Part shown: one piece after another, positions 57,969 through 64,000 of the stretch
How positions within the stretch are numbered: the first letter of the stretch is position 1
Layout: every line of letters begins with the position of its first letter
Assembly (NCBI RefSeq): GCF_000143415.4
Contig: NW_003314401.1
Location: 62,001-126,000 of the forward strand
Direction of reading: 5' to 3'
DNA from: Selaginella moellendorffii
Lineage: Eukaryota; Plantae; Lycopodiophyta
DNA length: 64,000 bases
The notes under the pieces: generated by a model
Told to the model about the DNA's origin: nothing
Database searches by the model: none
Seen by the model: the letters and a program-made list of their open reading frames with translations, nothing else
Translations under genes and position numbers: made by a program

Positions 57969-60607
57969 CTAGACTGCTTCGCGCCATGGCTGGTCCTTAG
58001 CTTCATCGTCGCTGGTCTCCAGGTAGTCAGGAATATTGCCAGCGGCGTCGGGTGATGGAATCGGGCAGCCAGTGTATGATCCATTCCGGATGCAATAGCG
58101 CAGGAACTCGTTCCAGTGCTCGTTCTGCCAAAGCATACGTTAGAAAAACCATGTTTTGAGATGAAACACGCACCTTGGAGAGGATGCCCGGGTTGCCCAC
58201 GACGACGAGCAGCGCTTGCGGGCGAGTGATGGCCACATTGAAGCGCTTGGGATTGAACAAGAAGCCCAGGTTGAACTTCTTGTCGTGCCCCAGGAACTCC
58301 AGTGACGAGCGGACGGTGCTCACGATAATGGCACGCTTCTCCTGGCCCTGGAACTCCTCCACGCTTCCAACTTTGATCTCTGCGAGCCTCTCTTTCGATA
58401 AGGAGCCTTTGATCTTCTGGACCTGCTTGCGGTATGGTGTGATGATCCCGATCTCCGTTGGCAAGGGCTTGTTCCTCCTCATATCCCTCAGGCTTCTCAC
58501 CACCTCCATCACTTTGCTCACTTCCTCTGGATTGAACCACGACGGACTATTGCCCTCCCGCGAGTCTTTGCCTTCCACGCCAATGAAGAGGACTGGGAAT
58601 TTCTTGTTTGGAAGCCAGTCCCACTCGCACAAGGAGCGAGAGAACTCTCCAGCACAAGGAACCAGTTCGCCCTGGTAAAAGAGCCTTGACGGTAGATCCA
58701 AGATGCTGGGATGCGAGCGATAGTTTCTCACGAGCTTCGTCACCATTTCCTTCTTGAAGGGAGGGGTGTAAGGCGGCGAGGATATGAGACGCTCCAGGAA
58801 CGACTTGCTGAGGCCGAACTTGTCCGCCAGCGACGACCGGATCACGGGGCCGAGCTGCTGATGATCCCCCGCAAGAACAAGCACGGTGCTTGGGGCCGCA
58901 AAGTTGATGGCCGCCACCATCGCCTCGGGCTCGGTTGCCTGGCCAGATTCGTCCAGAAAGATGTGAGAAAAGTGATCGGCGGGAACACCCCGAGAGTGGA
59001 GCATCGAGGCACTGAGACATGTCGTGACGACGACCTGGAAAGACATGAGCTTCTCTCGACTCGGGCAATCGGCAGACTGGCTGTCATCACCGGCACCAAA
59101 ACCATTGGAGAATTCCTTCACTTTGTCAGGGATGTCGGCGAGTGAGCGCGTGAAAGCATTGAGACGGAGCATGTGTCGGTTTTCCACGAACTTGGCCAGG
59201 CGCTCGAGCAAGAGGTCCGAGGCATTGTTGGAGGGAGCACAGGCCAAGATGACAGCGTCCTTGTTGTGGCGACGGACTTGCAAGATGGCCTCGACCACCG
59301 TCACGGTTTTGCCAGTGCCTGGTGGACCGAAGACGATGTATGGCGGAGCACCTCTCTTTGCGACGATCTCTTGCACCGCAGACATCTGTTCTTCGTTGAG
59401 CGAACCACGGCTCATGGGATGGAACCTCAGCGGTGGTGGTGGTGATGGCGAGATGATCGAGCTTGGAAACACGAACATGTTGCAAAGCTGGGGAGAAATG
59501 CGGGCGACTGCATGGTGGCATCGCCTCAAGTTGGATCTGGAGAAGGAAAACCGGACGTCCAAACGGGTGCCCTGGATGAACACCCGGTGGAAATCGTTGG
59601 CAAACGTGAGGAAAACCTCCTCGGCAGTAACTCGGTGTACACATCCCTTCATTTCAAAGCGATATCAACAACTTGGTCTAGAAGCACACACATACTTACT
59701 TCGTATTCCTTGTCTTGCGTACCGGCAAGCCTCACGTAGATTCGATCCCTGTAGATCACGGAAGGTCGTCTCTCGGCAAGGCCGAGCACTTTCAAAACGA
59801 GGAACCTATCGGTGCTTTGCCTCATTGTCACGTTTTCCATGTCATAGGCTCGGATATCATACTGCGCAAAAAACCAACCAAGCTCGTGTGATCATCAAGA
59901 CCAAACCATAAGATTACCTCCATTTGGTACTCTTCGGCATAGAGAAGCGTCGCGAAGTAGCGGGCGTAAGTCGCAGGCGAGAGGCCGTCGTTGAATACCC
60001 GCGGAGTGATCTTCTTTTGGAAGTCCCTCCTCACACCAGCAGGCATCCAAAATGGTGGTAGAACAACCTCAAACTTGGGTGCCGGTGGCGAGACGCCAGG
60101 AACAATGTCGCGAGATCGAGGTATCCTCTTGGGCTTGGGCCTGCGATACGGAGCCGTCGGCCGCGAATCCTTGGAAACTTCATCGTCTCCGGTGGCCTCG
60201 ATGTGCTGCACGACTCTCCACGCCGGTTGCAAGTCGCACAGGATCCTGGCCGGGTAGTAGCCAACTTCGCGGGGAGAGAAGGTGATGGTGAAGGAGACAT
60301 GGCTCCCGGGCTGTAGCCGAATGGATCGGACGAAGTCCAAGCTCCTGCTGCTCGAGGAAGACGATGCTATCACCTCGGAGCCGGTGAGCGCGAGGCCGTG
60401 GAAGCCTCTGAGCGTGCCCGATGCAGCGATGCGCACCGCCCGCAACACGACCCCATCGTCGCTACCGTTGATCACCACGACGTTGGCGCTGATCGACTGG
60501 CCGACCATGACGCTCTTGGGCTCACCATTGGCATCCACCGGGAATGGCTGCGTGATGAAAATGCCGCTCTCGCCCGCCGCCACCACCGCGAGCTTCGTCT
60601 TGCCCAT
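57969..60607 (-). CDS. SDE3: SDE3/MOV10-like SF1 RNA helicase, copy 1, 4 exons
   Basis: GLAERRPSV, FGPPGTGKT, CAPSNNASD, IFLDESGQ, LAGDHQQLGP, RNYRSH, VGSVEEFQGQE, RFNVAITR. Confidence 0.93.
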
Positions 60608-60714
60608 ATGACAATGCCTAAAGAATACGTACAAATTTCGTACCTCACAATTTAGAAATTGTGGCGCATTTATTTCATCGTTCTTTAGTTTTAACTCAAA
60701 AGTTTCGAATCCCA

Positions 60715-60839
60715 ATAGATCGGGAGTTCGATCCTGGATTTGTTAACGTCGCGTGTTCGATTCTTCGCCCCAACGCACTAGCATAGATCTTGGGTTCGAT
60801 TCCGGATTTCTTGGCGTCCCGTGTTCGATTCTTCGCCCT
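60715..60839. repeat. 68-bp-period direct repeat x2, each unit with two GTTCGAT B-box-like motifs
   Basis: ATAGATC..G.GTTCGAT.C.GGATTT.TT..CGTC.CGTGTTCGATTCTTCGCCC at 60715 and 60783. Confidence 0.75.
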
Positions 60840-61701
60840 AAAATCTCTAACGCGCTCAGACAGCCAAGGGAGGAATAATCAGCCAAGCTCGCCAAGGAGC
60901 AAGCCATCAGAGACTCTAGTCCAATTCACCTTGTTATCATCCTCGCGCGGCCCAACTCTTCGCTAGCTCTCAGAGACCCTTTTGTGATCAAACGCACAAG
61001 AGATGCGTCAGACGGCACTTCCTATCGGGTATTTGACATCGCAGAGCACACACAAGGAACTGTAATCACCGCTATGGCACCGAAAAGCATACGATTTGGA
61101 ATGCTCCTGGCTTCCTATCAAGAGGGCGAAAAGACGTTCTAGACCAACCCTAGCGATCCAAGCCATAGCTCACGCTACAAGGACCGTGGCAGGGAGGCCG
61201 CTACAAAACCTAAATCAATTGAGATCGAAGGTCGGCTACGAGATTTATATCGGTTCTTTAAACCCTAAAATAGCTGGCGAAGAGATTCGAACCGCGCCCG
61301 CTGTTTAAAAAAGAAAAAGGCGGTAAGTCTCTATCTTTAGAACGCCCTTGCTCACAATCCTCGGGTTTCCAGCTCCAGTTCACCACTTCACGCCTGTCAA
61401 GCCCCTGGCGATCTTTCCAGTCTCGAGGCCCTTTTCCTTGGGCTGATCTCGGGGATTTGTGTGTCTGTACATTGCCACTGGATGAATCCATTGTATAAGT
61501 TCATCACTCCCATCGCTAAGCTGCTTGGTCCCAGAGCCTGGAAGCGCTGGTGAAGAGCTCGAGCTATGCATCGCCGACAATGGATTGCTCTCCAAGACGG
61601 TGGCTGTTTCAACACGCCACAAAAACTAAGAACAATCTTTATGCAAACATGCCAGTTCGGCATTTGCTGCTGAGTGTTTCATGGCCGAGGATCTCTCAGA
61701 C

Positions 61702-64000
61702 TTAGACTGCTTCGCGCCATGGCTGGTCCTTAGCTTCATCGTCGCTGGTCTCCAGGTAGTCAGGAATATTGCCAGCAGCGTCGGGTGATGGAATCGGGCA
61801 GCCAGTGTATGATCCATTCCGGATGCAATAGCGCAGGAACTCGTTCCAGTGCTCGTTCTGCCAAAGCATACGTTGGAAAAACCATGTTTTGAGAGGAAAC
61901 ACGCACCTTGGAGAGGATGCCCGGGTTGCCCACGACGACGAGCAGCGCTTGCGGGCGAGTGATGGCCACATTGAAGCGCTTGGGATTGAACAAGAATCCC
62001 AGGTTGAACTTCTTGTCGTGCCCCAGGAACTCCAGTGACGAGCGGACGGTGCTCACGATGATGGCACGCTTCTCCTGGCCCTGGAACTCCTCCACGCTTC
62101 CAACTTTGATCTCTGCGAGCCTCTCTTTCGATAAGGGGCCTTTGATCTTCTCGACCTGCTTGCGGTATGGTGTGATGATCCCGATCTCCGTTGCCAAGGG
62201 CTTGTTTCTCCTCATATCCCTCAGACTTTTCACCACCTCCATCACTTTGCTCACTTCTGCTGCATTGAACCACGACGGACTATTGCCCTCCCGCAAGTCT
62301 TTGCCTTCCACCCCAATGAAGAGGATTGGAAATTTCTTGTTTGGAAGCCAGCCCCACTCGCACAAGGAGCGCGAGAACTCTCCAGCGCAAGGAACTAGTT
62401 CACCCTGATAAAAGAGCCTCGAAGGCAGATCCAAGATGCTGGGGTGCGAGCGATAGTTTCTCACAAGCTTCGTCACCATTTCCTTCTTGAAGGGAGGGGT
62501 GTAAGGTGGCGAGGATATGAGACGCTCCAGGAATGACTTGCTGAGGCCGAACTTGTCTGCCAGCGGCGACCGGATCACGGGGCCGAGCTGCTGATGATCC
62601 CCCGCAAGAACAAGCACGGTGCTTGGGGCCGCAAAGTTGATGGCCGCCACCATCGCCTCGGGCTCGGTTGGCTGGCCGGATTCGTCCAGAAAGATGTGAG
62701 AAAAGTGACCGGCGGGAACACCACGAGAGTGGAGCATTCCGGCACTCATACATGTCGTGACGATGATTTTGAAAGACGTGAGCTCCTCTCGACTCGGGCA
62801 ATTGAAAAACGGGCTACCATCGCCGTTGGAGAATTCCTTCACTTTGTTAGGGATGCCGGCGCGTGAGCGCGTGAAAGCATTGAGACGGAGCATGTGTCGA
62901 TTCTCCACGAACTTGGCCAGGCGCTCGAGCAAGAGGTCCGAGGCATTGTTGGAGGGAGCACAGGCCAAGATGACCCCGTCCTTGTTGTGGCGACGGACTT
63001 GCAAGATGGCCTCGACAACCGTCACAGTTTTCCCAGTTCCGGGTGGACCGAAGATGATATATGGCGGAGCACCTCTCTTTGCGACGATCTCTTGCACCGC
63101 AGACATCTGTTCTTCGTTGAGCGAACCATGGCTTATGGGACGAAACCTTAGCGGTGGTGGTGGTGGTGGCGGGGGCGAGATTTTCGGGCTTGGAAACACG
63201 AACATGTTGCAAAGCTGGGGCGAGATGCTGGCAACTGCATGGTGGCATCGCTTCAAGTTCGTTCTGGAGAAGGAAAACCGAACGTCAAAACGCGTGCCCT
63301 GGATGAACACCCGGTGGAAATCGTTGGCAAACTTGAGGAAAACTTCCTCTGCACTAACTCGGTGTACATATCCCTTCAACAAAGCAACATCCACAACTAG
63401 ATCATAACAAGTACACATATGTACTTACCTCGTATTCCTTGTCTTGCGTACCGGGAGGCATCAAGTAAATTCGATCCCTGTAGAGCACGGAAGGTCGTCT
63501 CTCGGCAAGGCCAAGCACTTTCAAAATGAGGAACCCGGAGTCTTGCCTCATCACCACGTTTTCCATGTCATAGGCTCGGATATCAAACTGCGCGAAAACC
63601 AACCAAGCTCGTGTGATCATCAAGATCAACCATAAGATTACCTCCATTTGGTACTCTTCGGCATAGAGAAGCGCCGCGAAGTAGCGGGCGTAAGTCGCAG
63701 GCGAGAGGCCGTCGTTGAATACCCGCGGAGGGATCTTCTTTTGGAAGTCCCTCCTCACACCAGCAGGCATCCAAAATGGTGGAAGAACAAGCTCAAACTT
63801 GGGTGCCGGTGGTGAGACGCCAGGAACAATGTTGCGAGATCGAGGCATCTTCTTGGGCTTGGGCTTGCAATATGGAGCCGTCGGCCGCGAATCCTTGGAA
63901 ACTTCATCGTCTCCGGTGGCCTGGATGTGCTGCACGACTCTCCACGCCGGTTGCAAGTCGCACAGGATCCTGGCCGGGTAGTAGCCAACTTGGCCGGGAG
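61702..64000 (-). CDS. SDE3: SDE3/MOV10-like SF1 RNA helicase, copy 2; 5' end outside window
   Basis: Near-identical to copy 1 in exons, introns and 3' flank at an offset of about 3.73 kb. Confidence 0.92.

Overview
Very gene-dense plant nuclear DNA. Introns are typically 45-80 nt, intergenic gaps are often under 120 bp, and there are five PLS-class PPR genes built mostly of 31-aa motifs. These traits point to a lycophyte such as Selaginella (inference). In order: 3' part of BTAF1/MOT1, a Pollen Ole e 1/extensin chimera, PUX7-like, ERD2-related, a candidate spliced Arg-rich protamine-like micro-gene, mitochondrial rhomboid, intronless adenylate kinase, maspardin, PPR, TBL acetyltransferase, Ubl-SAYSvFN protein, an atypical hybrid histidine kinase, CIPK, a GID1-like carboxylesterase, three PPRs, DsbA/FrnE-like oxidoreductase, tRNA-Ala(CGC) and a frameshifted extensin-Ole e 1-extensin gene. 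An AT-rich, CpG-depleted island then holds inverted decayed copies of a secreted protein, one with a B-lectin domain. It is followed by a kinase-remnant/Sel1-like repeat gene, a PPR, a PRAF/RLD gene and tandem SDE3/MOV10 helicases. The most notable candidate novelty is the 48-aa protamine-like gene at 11141-11343, visible only after removing a 56-nt intron. Exon boundaries were read by eye, and no database searches were run.
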